Shown here piece after piece: positions 25,668-38,055 of a DNA stretch of 64,000 bases (the stretch's first letter is position 1; the number at the start of each line of letters is the position of its first letter). The stretch is taken from positions 20,276,001 to 20,340,000 of the forward strand of contig CM059432.1 in the NCBI GenBank assembly GCA_030390025.1. The letters are read 5' to 3'. A model generated the notes under the pieces. The model saw nothing but the letters and a program-made list of their open reading frames with translations. It was not told the origin of the DNA and ran no database searches. Both the position numbers and the translations under genes were made by a program. Origin of the DNA: Squalus acanthias. Its lineage: Eukaryota.

Positions 25668-26720
25668 AAGAGCCAGAGACAGGAGGCCCAGAGAGTGAAG
25701 CGCCACCAGCGAGTATGCAAGTTCCCGGTCCAGAAAAAGTATAGGCCTCAACTGACATTCCAGGTGATGTCCAAGCAGCTGATTGTGCGATGGCTGAGCT
25801 TTACAAAGGAGGCCTTCAGCCAACTCTGCAACTTGCTCCGTGGTAACTTAAAACCCTGGTCCACATGCAGCAGAGCCCTGACTGCTGAAATGAAGGTGAC
25901 CACAGCTCTCAACTTTTACAGGGTCTGGATCCTTCCAGAAATCCACGGGGAGGGGACCTGTGTAGGATTAGTCAAGGGGCAATGAGGGCCTGCATTCAGC
26001 AGGTAATCGGCGTCCTGTTCGATGGGTTGGGGAGTTCATCAGATGTGGCATTTCTGCAGTGGAGCAAAGGCAGCGGGGCATTAAGTTTCTACGGGATTGC
26101 TGGCTTCTCTCAGAGTGCAGGGGCAATCAATGGAACACCTGTCACACTAAAGGCTCCCCTTCACAACCCACGTAGCTGGATTAACAGAAAGGGCTACCGC
26201 CCCCTCAATATGCTAATGAATGGTCTGTGACGCTTGGCTGCACATATTGCATGCGAGTGCGTAGCACACGGGGGCCTGTCATGGTACATTCATTGTGCTC
26301 AGCTCAGTCATCGCACACATTGGGGATGGGGGCCCAGCGGAAGGACCCATAATCGGCGAAGAGGCTTATCCCTTGCTGCTGTGGCTGATGACGCCTTTTC
26401 GCTTCCCACAGACCTAGGCAGAGGAGAGGTACAATCAGGTGCATGCCTCCACCAGGTAGGTGGTTGAGAGGACAACTGAGATGCTGAAGAGCCATGTCTC
26501 TTGCTTGGACAGGTCCTGGTGGTGTGTGTCCTCCAATACTCCTCAGAGAGGGTAGTAAGGATAGACGGCGTGTGCTGTGCCCTGCGCAAATATGCCATGC
26601 CAAAGTCTGAATCTTGACATGCTCTTGGAGGAGCCAATTGAAGATGATCCTGGACTGCGGGAGCCGGAGCCAAGGGACGCGACGCATGTCCGCAGAAGGC
26701 ACTGCGTCAAGAGGGAAGGG
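25668..26720 (+). pseudogene. PIF/Harbinger DDE transposase (HARBI1-family), disrupted
   Basis: Across frameshifts: KVTTALNFY-GSGSFQ, FYGIAGF..GAINGTPV.LKAP, NRKGY..LN, GEEAYPL..WLMTP, RYNQVHASTR.VVERT...LK...CLDR, CCAL. Confidence 0.88.
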
Positions 26721-27199
26721 TTTGCGGCATAGGCTTTTACCCAACGAGCACCCTCTGCAGAGGTCACAACCAGAAGAAGAAAGAGGCAGACACGGTTCTC
26801 TTTAACTTTAAAGACTGTTTTATTACAAAATAAGTTTCATATGATTAGTAAACTTTAAGTGCAAATTGCTACAAATCAATTCAAATGGCGCCTGAAAAAT
26901 TTAAACTATACTTAGACATTTCAACAAATCACAGGAACTCCAAAAGACCTTAACTAGACCTTGAGAAACATAATAATTACAGACAGTGTTTTATGGCAAT
27001 ATTAAACTCTTTAGAAATGTGAACATCTTTTATAAAAAATAAACTTGCAATGAACATTAATCGACATTAGGAACTGTTAGAAACCTGAGTTAAACTAACG
27101 TAAAATTTAGCAATTGCTACAACTTTTTGAAGATTTAACCTCGGAATCAAAAATGTTTTACTTCGTAGCAATAACAGTTCAAAAATAAGGTAGTCGTTG

Positions 27200-29260
27200 A
27201 ATAAGCCCAGTGACGGTCACAATCTTCCAGCTAGGCAGCTTCCTTATCTTGCTGACAAAAGAAGGAGAAAGAGGAGGGAGGAGAAACAGGAGCAAAACTC
27301 CCCCTACTCCCTCAAGGCACCCTGCCTGGCCCCGGCACCTCGACGAGCCCTTCAACCAGCTGTTCCCCTCTGCCGTGTCCCAGTAAACTCAGGACCAGAA
27401 AGGTGGGGCGTGGTGGAAAGATGCTGGGCTGATGAGTCATGTGCCCGTGGTCGGTCCACGCTGATGGCCGTGTGCTCCTGGACCAGGGCTTCTGCTGCTT
27501 CCATCCCAGGAGGGACATCCAGAGCTGCCTTGTGCAGCCTTGCGTGTACAGATGGCACTGTGCCTGCAGTTGGAAGGCCGGAGCCCGGGCCGGTACTGCC
27601 GACTGGAGAAGTCGCAGCAACGGCCGCACGGACCGCACCAGACGCCCGTCCACTGTGGTCTTGGTCTGCAGCCCTAGTCAGCAGCCTGACGACTGGCACG
27701 GTGACAGCCATCAGATCCTGCAAGGCCTCAGTAAGAGACTGGAAGCCACGATTCAGTGCACCCTCAGTCTTTCACACAAAGCCTCAAGAACAGAAGTCCG
27801 AGATTCCATCAGGGTGGACTGCTCCTTCACCGTCCTGTGTTAGGGGACCTGCTCCGTGTTCTTGCAGCTCTAGCATCACCTGCGTGATGTTGGTGCTCAG
27901 CATGACAGCAGACTCAGAGCTCATACCCGCAAGAAGCGCCGCGTTGCTGCTAATGGAGCCCAGAGTCCTCATGTCCCCTCTGGTGCTCCACCAGCCTCTT
28001 CAGGTCTGTAGCCGCCAAATCAGACTCCACTGACTCAGCAGTCCATGGCCTCCTTCTAGCCAACCTCTCTGCACAGGTGGCGGCTTCATCCACCTCCTCA
28101 GATTCTCCCCATTCCCCGAAACTGGATTGCAACACTGGAGAGCTGGCGTTGAGGCACTCGCTCGTCCTGGTGCAATTTGTCCACACTGATACCTGCTTGA
28201 GAAGAGGCTGATAACTCTGATTCTGCTTGGGAGCCTGAACCGGGGGTGGGTGGATGTGCACTCCCAGCAAAGAGCAGAGTTGTACGGCTCTGGCTTTCCA
28301 CTGACCTGTTATCTGGCAGTTCAATGGGGAAATGTTACACGACAAAGCCAGAGTCTGTGTTCTTCAGTTCCTCTAGAAGCTGCTCCCCCCTCCATCTCCC
28401 CCACTGTCGCCCCCTCCTCCACCACCGCGACTGCCGACCAGCAACTTGAATGACGTGTGGGAAGAAAATCCAGAGGGTTTCCTTTGCCAGTGCTGAGATG
28501 CCCCATAAGAGGGATGGGTAGGGAAGCCTGGGTCCTTGTTTTGGAGCATTGAGAGATAGCAAGTGGACAGGTACTCACATGGCCACCTCGGTCATCACCG
28601 TGGCCACAATGGTGCGGAAGTCCAGTAGATTCCCACCTTCTCCTTGTGGACAGTCAGCGACCAGAGGTGTGGCACCAACACCCCACCAACCTAGCCCTCT
28701 CATAGCTGTTTTGCTACATTTTGCCCTGCAAAGCCAAATATGGAGAAAAATGTACACTTGCAGTCATTCGAATGTGTGGAACAATTGAAAGTGCGAATGG
28801 GCTGTATCTTTCCGGGGATTTTGCTGCAAGGTCACTGATCAACTAGCTCTGCCTCAGAGCCAGTGGCCAAGCAAGAAAGGGAGAGCATGGTGAGTGTCTT
28901 ACCTTCCTTGCTCTGATCAGGTCATTGAATTTGCTCCGCCATCCTGGGCACTATTGATATAACAACTCAGCGCCTCCGCCACCTCTGTCCACACCCACCC
29001 CGGGACCACGCTGGGATGCGGGGGAACTGAGGGGCCGGTCCGGCTTTCCCTCGGTCTCAACACGGATGGCCTGTGGGTCATCTTCTGCACAGCTGAAGGC
29101 TCTCTTCCTGGCAGCCTTCCCCTGCGACTCAGTCATCTGTGAGAAGGAAGCGATTTGAGATAATGGAGACTCTCGACGGAGCAATTTAAATGAATTAATT
29201 AAAAGTGTTTCTGACAGAGAGCTGTATGCTACTTACCTTGTACTTCTCAGCCTCACTGAA
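27200..29260 (-). pseudogene. Harbinger second gene: Myb/SANT-like DNA-binding protein, intron-containing, disrupted
   Basis: Minus strand RKRAFS...VWTEVAEALS... followed by donor GAAG/GTAAG near 28900; next exon after ttgcag near 28727; convergent with the transposase; element end gggagttcagggcc near 29465. Confidence 0.6.
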
Positions 29261-30319
29261 GGATTTTTTCTCTCCCACTTTTACAGTCCTTGAGGCCCCA
29301 TTGGTTCAGTTCCATTTTCGTACAAACCACACTGGCCAAGTTCGCCGGTTTATGCCCATTTTATGTTCGGATATACGCTAATCAGATGAGCAGTGAATTT
29401 GAGCACAATTTGACATCGGCAGAATGGGAATTTCGGGTCCAAATTCCAAGCAGGGAGTTCAGGGCCATTATATGGGAGTGTGGGGAAAAGGAGCGAGATA
29501 GAGGATGTGTTTAAAATGAGTTCGCTGCATACTTCTTAAATTGCAACAGCTAACCAGCTCCTTTATTAAAAACTAGAATTCAAAAGTCCAGAATCCACAG
29601 CATAAAACTTAGCATGCTAGTCCCTTCTTTTTCTCCGAACTATTGCACTTAATGATGTTGTGAGAGGTGCCAGAAAATGAAAAGAGCATAACTAAGATTT
29701 AGCTCATGACATTATTAAGTAACAGTTCATTAAGGATGGGGAACGACATTAGCATCATTGTAAAAATGAAGGCATTCAGGATTTTAACAAGATATCTCTC
29801 AGGGCAGAATTTCAAATGATTCCATTAGTAATTCAAACTGGAGATTTACATTAATAGCTGCAGAAGATTATTTTGCTCTTACCAATTTACTCCCCTCTTC
29901 CAGAAATGCCAACTCATTGTGGTGTATGTTTTCACGACTGTCAGTCCTGTACCTTGCCCAAATAGCCATTCGTCACGTGTGGGTGGACAGTGTTCAGCAA
30001 GTTGTCAGGCAGCACAGCCTGATCCCAATATTACTCAAGCCTCACATACATTAACATTTCCAGCAATCAGCAGTGTGAATCCTAGCTAATTTACTTCCGC
30101 CCCACCCCCCACCCATCCACCCCCCCACCCATCCACCCCCCCACCCCTCCACCCCCCCACCCCACTTCCTCAGCTGGAGACCGACCACAGTTTCCTCCAC
30201 TGCTGCTCAGGTTACTTTTCCGGTTGATTTTATCGTTACATTTTTGGATCTTTACTCTAGATTTTTTGAAGCCCTCATATCTTAGATCTCCAAGGCAAAT
30301 TCTGTACAGTTCCGGTCCC

Positions 30320-30822
30320 CATATTATAAAAAGCATATTGAGGCATTGGAGAAGGTGAAAAAAAGATTCACAAGGATGACACCAGAACGGAGCGGATATA
30401 CTTATCAGGAAAGGCTGAACAGGCTGGGGCTCTTTTCTCTAGAAAAAAGGCTGAGGGGTGACCCGATAGAGATTATGAAAGGATTTGATAGGGTAGACGT
30501 AGAGAAACTGTTTCCACTTGTGGAGGAGTCCAAAACCAGAGGTCATAAATATGAGATAGTCACTAATAAATCCAATAGGGAATTTAGGAGAAACCTCTTT
30601 ACTCAAAGAGTGGTGAGAATGTGAAACCCGCTGTCACAAGGAGTAGTTGAGGCAAATAGCACAGATGCGTTTAGGGGGAAGCTAAATAAACATATGAGGG
30701 AGAATGGAATAGAAGGATATGCTGAGAGGTTTAGATGAAGTAGGGTAGGAGGGGGCCCGTGGGGAGCATAAACGCAGTTTTAGGCCAGTTGGGCTAACAG
30801 CCTGTTTCTGTGCTGCACACTC
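30320..30822 (+). mobile_element. CR1 LINE 3' portion
   Basis: ERLNRLGLFSLEKRLRGD...KTRGHKY...FTQRVVRM. Confidence 0.88.
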
Positions 30823-31599
30823 GCTGCAACTCCCTTCACCAGACTTACTACCTAGGTAAATGTTCAGTAATGTGCCCAGGACAATGAACAATCAACTCTG
30901 GTCTGTCAATTATTTTTACACTACTGGAATTATTCTTGTGCCTGCACAGGGCCTATCTCCAATCCTCAAATAAGTGTTGCAGCCTCACATCAGATTGCAT
31001 TCAAGTTTTAAACTATTAGGCAAATGTACTAAAGAATGAAGAAGCAAATATGTAATAATATCATTACAGCAGGAATGCCTCAACATGGAAAAGAAAAGGC
31101 TGCAAATCTAATCCATAGATCCACCAATAGTGTTTACTACATAGCCTCCATCTTTCTTGTCTCCTTGCGGGCTGAAAGAACCAGCTAAAATCTACTTGCC
31201 TTTCAAAGAAAATGTCAGTTTGTTCTGTTCAACACACTCTGAGGACAGTTGTGTGTTCGGTCCATTGTTATAACGTGCCTGGCCTGCTGCTGAAGGCTCC
31301 TTAGAAAATCATGACTGCCAGCCTCATTCAAATGGCAACAATCTGTCATATTTATAACGGAACTAATCATAAAGGCTGTAAGTATTTGAAAATGGTGCGC
31401 TTGACTCTCTCTCAAGCTTGTTGCCAAGGAAACTATAACAATAAACTTTGTGACAAAAGTAATGAAATCGGTTTGCGCCTACAGGAGGCTTTTTTAAGAT
31501 CTCGTGCACTGCGTCTGATTTAGATAGCTACCAGGGCAAAAGAAGACAAAAAATAAAAACAGAAAATGCTGGAAATGCACAGCAAGTCAGTGAGCAGCT

Positions 31600-31790
31600 C
31601 TGAAACTGTGCCCCTCTACCTCTCCGCCTCTCTCTACTCCTTTTGACACTCCTTAAAACCTACCTCTTTGGCCAAGCTTTCGGTCACCTGTCCTAATGTC
31701 TCCTTATTTGGCCCTGGGTCAAGTATTTTGCCGAATTGTTCTCCTGCAAAGCACCTTAGGACATTTTACGACGTTAAAAGGTGCTATCTC
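31600..31790 (+). mobile_element. L2 3' end
   Basis: ccttaaaacctacctctttggccaagctttcggtcacctgtcc. Confidence 0.75.
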
Positions 31791-32529
31791 ATAGAATGAT
31801 ACTGCACAGGAGGAGGTCATTTGGCCCATCGTGCCTGTGACAGCTCTTTGGTAGAACCATCCAACTCGTCCCACTCCCCCGCTCTTTCCCCAGACCCCTG
31901 CAATTTTTTTCCCTCCATGTATTTATCCAACTGCCTTTTGAAAGTTACGACTGAACCTGCTTCCACCGCCCAGCGCATTCCAGATCACAACAACTCGCTT
32001 TTACGTCCACCTGACAGGGCAGACGGGGCCTCGGCTTAACGCCTCATCTGAAAGACGGCATCTCCAACAGTGCGGTTGCACTGGAGTGTCAGCCTAGATT
32101 TGGGGCTCAGGTTTCTGGAGTGGGACTTGAACCCACGAGTGAGCCATGACTAGCACGATGTCTAAAGAAAAAAAATGTTTTATAGTTTTTTGCTGCTGTT
32201 TATGAGAACATACCTGAAACATTGCAACCTCTTCTTTCCTTTTTACAAATACTGACTGCTCGCCTGTGTACTGCCAGCATTTTTGATTTTGATTTTCGAT
32301 TTCCAGCATCTGCAGATTTTTCTTTTGCATTAAACAAGACAGAACTTCGCAAAATGGCCGGGGGCGGGGGGGGGCGGAATTTACCAAATAAAGAACTGAG
32401 CTTGTTGGTCTTTTCCTGTTCCCAAAATGTTCCACATTCCAATCAGATAATTCAGCACAAATCAGGATCAAATCTGCCACATTCCTGGTTTTAAAACTCA
32501 GTACTACACCATACAAAAGAAAAAAAAAA

Positions 32530-33062
32530 GACAGACTTGCAATGCAACGCCCTTCACGGCCTCAAAGCAATTTACAGCCAATGAAGTACTTTCAAAGTGT
32601 TGTCACGGCTGTGATATAGGAAAAACGGCAATCAATTTACGCACAGCCATTTACCCACAAACATCAATGTGATAATGACCAGATAATCTACTTTTTTTTT
32701 TACTGACAATGGTTGAAGGATAAATATTTCTTCAAAATAGTGCCAAGCAATGTTCCCTTTAAGCTGCGTGGCCGCAGGGAGCCCGGTGAGCCGGCTTTTA
32801 AATTGGGAAAAAAAAGCGCGTGCGCGGACCTTTGAATGGACCACGCAGCCCAGTTAAAGGAGCCGCGCAGTGCCAAAAATAAAAATTACAAGGAGCATTG
32901 ATGCCAAAGGATCTTTTACAGACCTGACAGAGCAGACGGGGCCTCAGTTTAACGCCTCATCTGAAAGACGGCATCTCCAACAGTGCAGCACTCCTTCAGT
33001 ACTGTACTGCAGTGTCAGCCTAGATTTTGGGCTCAGGTCTCAGGAGTGAGCCATGGCTAGCA
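32530..33062 (-). mobile_element. Deu-domain SINE interrupted by a MITE
   Basis: Reverse complement of the SINE tail and body; split at aatagtgcc.../ggatctttt. Confidence 0.8.
32748..32900. mobile_element. hAT-type MITE, 153 bp
   Basis: TIRs caatgttccct / aggagcattg; degenerate 8-bp TSD gtgccaag / atgccaaa where the host SINE consensus has a single gtgccatg. Confidence 0.75.
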
Positions 33063-33097
33063 CTGCAACGCTAACACTGTACAATGCATTTATCCAC

Positions 33098-33113
33098 GGC
33101 GCCACCGAGGGGA
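33098..33113 (-). promoter_or_regulatory. Candidate CTCF site
   Basis: Minus strand CCCCTCGGTGGCGC matches 12 of 14 positions of CCACYAGRKGGCRS, in non-repetitive sequence. Confidence 0.35.
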
Positions 33114-33633
33114 GATTGTAATTTGTTTATTTTAAACAAATACCATTTGCCGTGTAGAAAATGTAATTTTTATATCTTACCTTTTCAGTGAAACGTTTTA
33201 CAATTTTAAAATATTTTTGAGTCTTTCTCCCTTAAATCCTCTCAACTCCCATTCTAAATGAGGCACTGCTGCTGTTTGGACAGCCAGAGACACTTGCACG
33301 GGTGAATTGGGATCACCTGCTCCCCCCCTATTTATGGAGATGCCTAATCTCTGCTTGCCACCACATGATGGATTAGGAAAGTTGCCGGTTTCCATTACCG
33401 ATAAATATACGGGCGCGCACAGATGGATGGAAGTAGAGCAGCAGCAAATCCTTTCAATTATACGACAATGAAAATAGAAGAAAAGTAGCTGCTGAGAACA
33501 GACCAGTGTTGCACTGCACACTCTCTCACTCTCTCTGGCTTGGTAAAAAAAAAGAAAGCTGTGTGTATGCGTGCTTACACATGCACAGATCTCCACACAC
33601 TGACATCCAAACACTGGTTACATTTTAATGTTA

Positions 33634-34095
33634 AAGACTTGCATTTATATAGCGCCTTTCATGACCACCGGACGTCCCAAAGCGCTTTACAGCCAATTAA
33701 GTACTTTTAAAGTGTAGTCACTGTTGTAATGTGGGAAACGCAGCAGCCAATTTGCACACAGCAAGTTCCCACAAACAGCAATGTGATAATGACCAGATAA
33801 TCTGTTTTTAGTGATGTTGATTGAGGGATAAATATTGGCCGGGACACCGGGGAGAACTCCCCTGCTCTTCTTCGAAATAGTGCCATGGGATCTTTTACGT
33901 CCACCTGAGAGAGCAGACGGGGCCTCGGTTTAACGTCTCATCCGAAAGACAGCACCTCCGACAGTGCAGCACTCCCTCAGCACTGCACTGGAGTGTCAGC
34001 CTAATTTTTTGTGCTCAAGTCTCTGGAGTGGGACTTGAACCCACAACCTCCTGACTCAGAGACGAGTGTGCTACCCACTGAGCCACAGCTGACAC
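33634..34095 (-). mobile_element. Deu-domain tRNA-SINE (SacSINE1-like), full length with 14-bp TSD
   Basis: A and B boxes (tggctcagtggg, gggttcaagtcc), Deu core ggatgagacgttaaaccgagg...aaagatcccatggcact; TSD acattttaatgtta at 33620-33633 and 34096-34109. Confidence 0.93.
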
Positions 34096-34961
34096 ACATT
34101 TTAATGTTAGAGAACAGACAGGACAGACATCTCTCTATGAACATTAAAAAGATTTTAAGATTCATCAACTTGTTAAGTTCCCAAGTCTTCCAAAAAATAT
34201 ACTTTGAACTTTCCGTTGCAGCCAGAAGCAGATGCAACAACTGCCCCCATTCACCTCTTAAACTTCATTTTGCTTCACTGCAGATACACTGCAATGGAAG
34301 TACAGTTGTTTTAGGAAAGCAATGTCCATGCGCGCTCTCCTATTTTTGCCCGACTGGACTGGCAAGCCGATCATCTCGTAAGCACGTTTGGCTCCATTTT
34401 CACGTGGACAGCCAAACAGTGAAGACACGTGGGACCAGCTCTCCACATTGACAAAACTAACACCAGCCTCTGTATCCCCACATGTACAGTAGTGTAATTG
34501 GATTCGGCAGAAGTTTTAATAAGAGAGCTACATGTCTGCATTTGGCAGCACTCATATCGTGCCAAAGCCTTACCTCGAGCAGGTTAGTCAAAGTGCGCTT
34601 CAGGTGATTTCACACCAAAGTAAGGTTGCCAATATTTTTATAACTAATGAACAAAAGTGTTAAAAAAAAAAGAAACAAACATTTTTTTTAATGCCACAAT
34701 GATTTTTCTCCCGGGATGAATCTATAATTGCTAGAGATTCCAGGACAACCCTTGAGGGTTGGTACTGCGACACAACACAGGATGTATTGATGCAAGGCCA
34801 ACTATGTAGTATGTTATAAGAAAAACAGCTTTTTTTTTTTAAAAAAGGCCTAATCTCAGCTAAAACATAGGAAAAAAAACACTGCATAGCGATTTCAAGA
34901 AGACACACATTTGAAGAACAAAAAGATATTTCCCGGCAACAAAAGCCACAGCAATAAACTG

Positions 34962-35372
34962 TCCTCGATTTCAAAATTCTCATCCTTGTTTTCAAATCCC
35001 TCCACGGCCTCGCCCCTCCCAGCTCTGTAATCTCCTTCAGCCCCACAACCCCCCCCCCCCCACCCCCACCGCCGAGATACCTGCGTTCCTCTAATTCTGC
35101 CCTCTTGAACATCCCTGATTATAATCGCTCAACGATTGGTGGCCGTGCCTTCTGTTGCCTAGGCCCTAAACTCTGGAATTCCCTGCCTAAACCACTCCGC
35201 CTCCTTTAAGACGCTCCTTAAAACCTACCTCTTTGACCAAGCTTTTGGTCATCTGCCCCAATTTCTCCTAATGTGGCTCAGTGTCATATTTTTTGTCTTT
35301 TAATACTCCTGTGAAGCACCTTGGGATGTTTTACTACGTTAAAGGCACTATATAAATACAAGTTGTTGTTGT
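34962..35372 (+). mobile_element. L2 3' end
   Basis: gatttcaaaattctcatcc ... ataaatacaagttgttgttgtt. Confidence 0.9.
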
Positions 35373-35377
35373 TCCCT

Positions 35378-36032
35378 ATTCCATAACATCGCCCGTCTCC
35401 GCCCTTGCCTCAGCGCATCCGCTGCTGAAACCCTCATCCAGGCCTTTGTTACCTCTAGACTTGACTATTCCAATGCTCTCCTGGCTGGCCTCCCACGTTC
35501 CACCCTATGTAAACTTGAGGTCATCCAAAACTCGGCTGCCCATGTCCTAACTCGCACCAAGTCCCGTTCGCCCATCACCCCTGTGCTCGCTGACCTACAT
35601 TGACTCCCGGTTAAGCAACGCTTCGATTTCAAAATTCTCATCCTTGCTTTCAAATCCTTCCATGGCCTCGCCCCTCCCTATCTCTGTAATCTCCTCCAGC
35701 CCCACAACCCCCCCAGAGATATCTGCGCTCCTCTAATTCTGCCCTCTTGAGCATCCCTGATTATAATCGCTCCACCATTGGTGGCCGTGCCTTCTGTTGC
35801 CTAGGCCCTAAGTTCTGGAATTCCCTGCCTGAACCTGTCCGCCTCGCTACCTCTCTTTCATCCTTTAAGATGCTCCTTCAAACCTACCTCTTTGACCAAG
35901 CTTTTGGTCACCTGCCCTAATTTATCCTTATGTGGATCGGTGTCAAATTTTTTGTCTTATAACACTCCTGTGCAGCGCCTTAGGACGTCTTACTACGTTA
36001 AAGGCGCTATATAAATACAAGTTGTTGTTGTT
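35378..36032 (+). mobile_element. L2 3' end, directly following the previous copy
   Basis: aacatcgcccgtctccgccc ... aaggcgctatataaatacaagttgttgttgtt. Confidence 0.92.
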
Positions 36033-37349
36033 CCTTATTTTGTCATATTCATTGCCCTGTTTGCATTGATGATGCAGCTAATTTCTTTTGTACTACAGTT
36101 AAAAGATATTGGCCCTTTAAATCTTCCTTATTTTGAGGGGGGTGTGGGTCAAATTATAGTAATTATTGAAGTGTTTGGTGCCATTTTGCCAGTGTTCAAA
36201 GCTGTGCACGGGAAAGAATAATTACAAAAAGATTACACACACCTGGCAAGGCTGTGCAAGTGAAAACCAGTAATTAGGAAGAAAAGGAACCACAATCTTT
36301 CAAAGCCCATTTCCCCCTGTACACCTTATTTACATTCAACACATCGGCAAAGATTACTACTCCACACAAGAGATGGTATTCAAAAAAATAATTTCCGAGA
36401 CACCTGCGGATAATCTAATTGTTTGTTGCAAATCCCAAGTGTGCAGCATGTCTTTGGATATTACAATTCTCCTAATGTATTGCAAGATGACTTCGCAAAT
36501 TATCTTTTGTAAAATTACCAGAAAAGGGGAAGATTAATGAGCATGTACAGCAGTGTAATCGGATTAGGCAGAAGTTTTAATACATTTTAAATGTAAATTA
36601 GCTATAGGGAAAGATCATTACTGATGAACACAACGCCATCTGGATACTTCAACTCGTCTTTATTTGACTTGATAACATTTTATTGTTATAGGCCCAAAAG
36701 CCGATGCAACACTTCCCCATTGACCGCTTCCCTCACCATTATCCAGGCACCCAAACACAACATCTGTGTGAGAAAACAATGTATGTGTCCTTCCTTTAAT
36801 CCAGCATACTTATTGCTCATGGGGCAGGCTCCTTGACATAGGAGAGACCAAACAGCGATTAGGCATTCATTTTGCAACACCTCGGTTCTATCAATAAGTG
36901 CGAGCTTGGCCTCACCATAGCAACACTTTAACTCCTCCTTGCGGCCTCTCTGGTGTTTGGTCCAACCAAGCACGATGCGAACTTCTGAAATAGCAGGACC
37001 AATTTCCCTGGGGTCCCTGGGAATGAGTGCTATGCGCAGAAAAATACAATGTCCTGTTGGGATTAATTTGCATGTTGCGAGCATCATGTGAGTGGGTGCA
37101 AAGGCCCGCTATTTGGTGAGTCAGGTGGGCCTAGAATATTGAAGGTGTTAAAAGAACTGTGGCTGCTTAAAGAGGCCGGAACATCTTGGAGTGTTGGGAG
37201 AGGCTATGGAGGGAACAGGGAAATCTGAGCCTGGGAGAGCAGTGTGGAAATGTTCAACTTGCAGATACATATCCTGAAGTAATTTTTGCCAGAAGGTAAT
37301 TTTTTTTTTTTTTTGAAGTGGCAAAGTAAAGGAACAAGATTTTGTGGCA

Positions 37350-37581
37350 TAAAAACAGAAAATGCTGGAAATACTCAGCAGGTCAGGCAGCATCTGTGGA
37401 GAGAGAAACAGAGTTAACGTTTCAGGTCGATGACCCTTCGTCACTTCTGACGAAGGGTCATCGACCTGAAACGTTAACTCTGTGTCTCTCTCCAGAGATG
37501 CTGCCTGACCTGCTGAGTATTTCCAGCATTTTCTGTTTTTATTTCAGATTTCCAGCATCCGCAGTATTTTGCTTTTGTATT
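37350..37581. mobile_element. Palindromic Penelope-like insertion (94-bp arms) with 14-bp TSD
   Basis: Arms 37350-37443 and 37448-37541 (2 mismatches seen), loop cttc, 40-bp unpaired 3' extension; TSD aagattttgtggca at 37336-37349 and 37582-37595. Confidence 0.92.
37443..37479 (+). ncRNA. Hammerhead motif with helix I truncated at the palindrome axis
   Basis: actt-CTGACGA-a-gggtc atc gacct-GAAAC-GTT-aact; core intact but only 2 contiguous bp of helix I remain. Confidence 0.55.
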
Positions 37582-38055
37582 AAGATTTTGTGGCAGTTGG
37601 ATTGTCCCAATGGGAGGAAAGGTTCAGTTTGAGAGCCAGGCCTCGTTACCATAGGGCCGACAACTGCAGGCAGAAAATGAGTACGCCCCAGGGCAGCCTG
37701 TTGGTTCCAGACTGCTGCCATATAGGGCAGCCCAGCCGGTCTCTGGGCCGGAAGGTGGGTAGGTAGGTGGGGAGCCACTCTCTCAAGCCGGAGGGGGGGG
37801 GGGGGGGGGGGGGGGGCGGGGGCAAGAACCCACGGCAGCAGCGACACTCCTGCTCTTCCTGGGCCCACGAAAATAAACTAAAACTTACCCACTCTGCTCC
37901 TCTTGAGCTGGAAAGCCAGCTGATACTGCACATACTGCGGCGCATGCTCCGCCGAGTACTGTACTAAATGGCAATCAGAGTCCGATGCACATCGTAGGAC
38001 CCCGATTTGTGTGCCAAAGAGGCCTACCGCCTGGTTTAGCTGGCCGTCCAGAGTC

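Noticed and set aside
27197..28033. 278-aa plus-strand ORF
   Set aside because: Antisense to the GC-rich Harbinger Myb-like gene; no recognisable domain.
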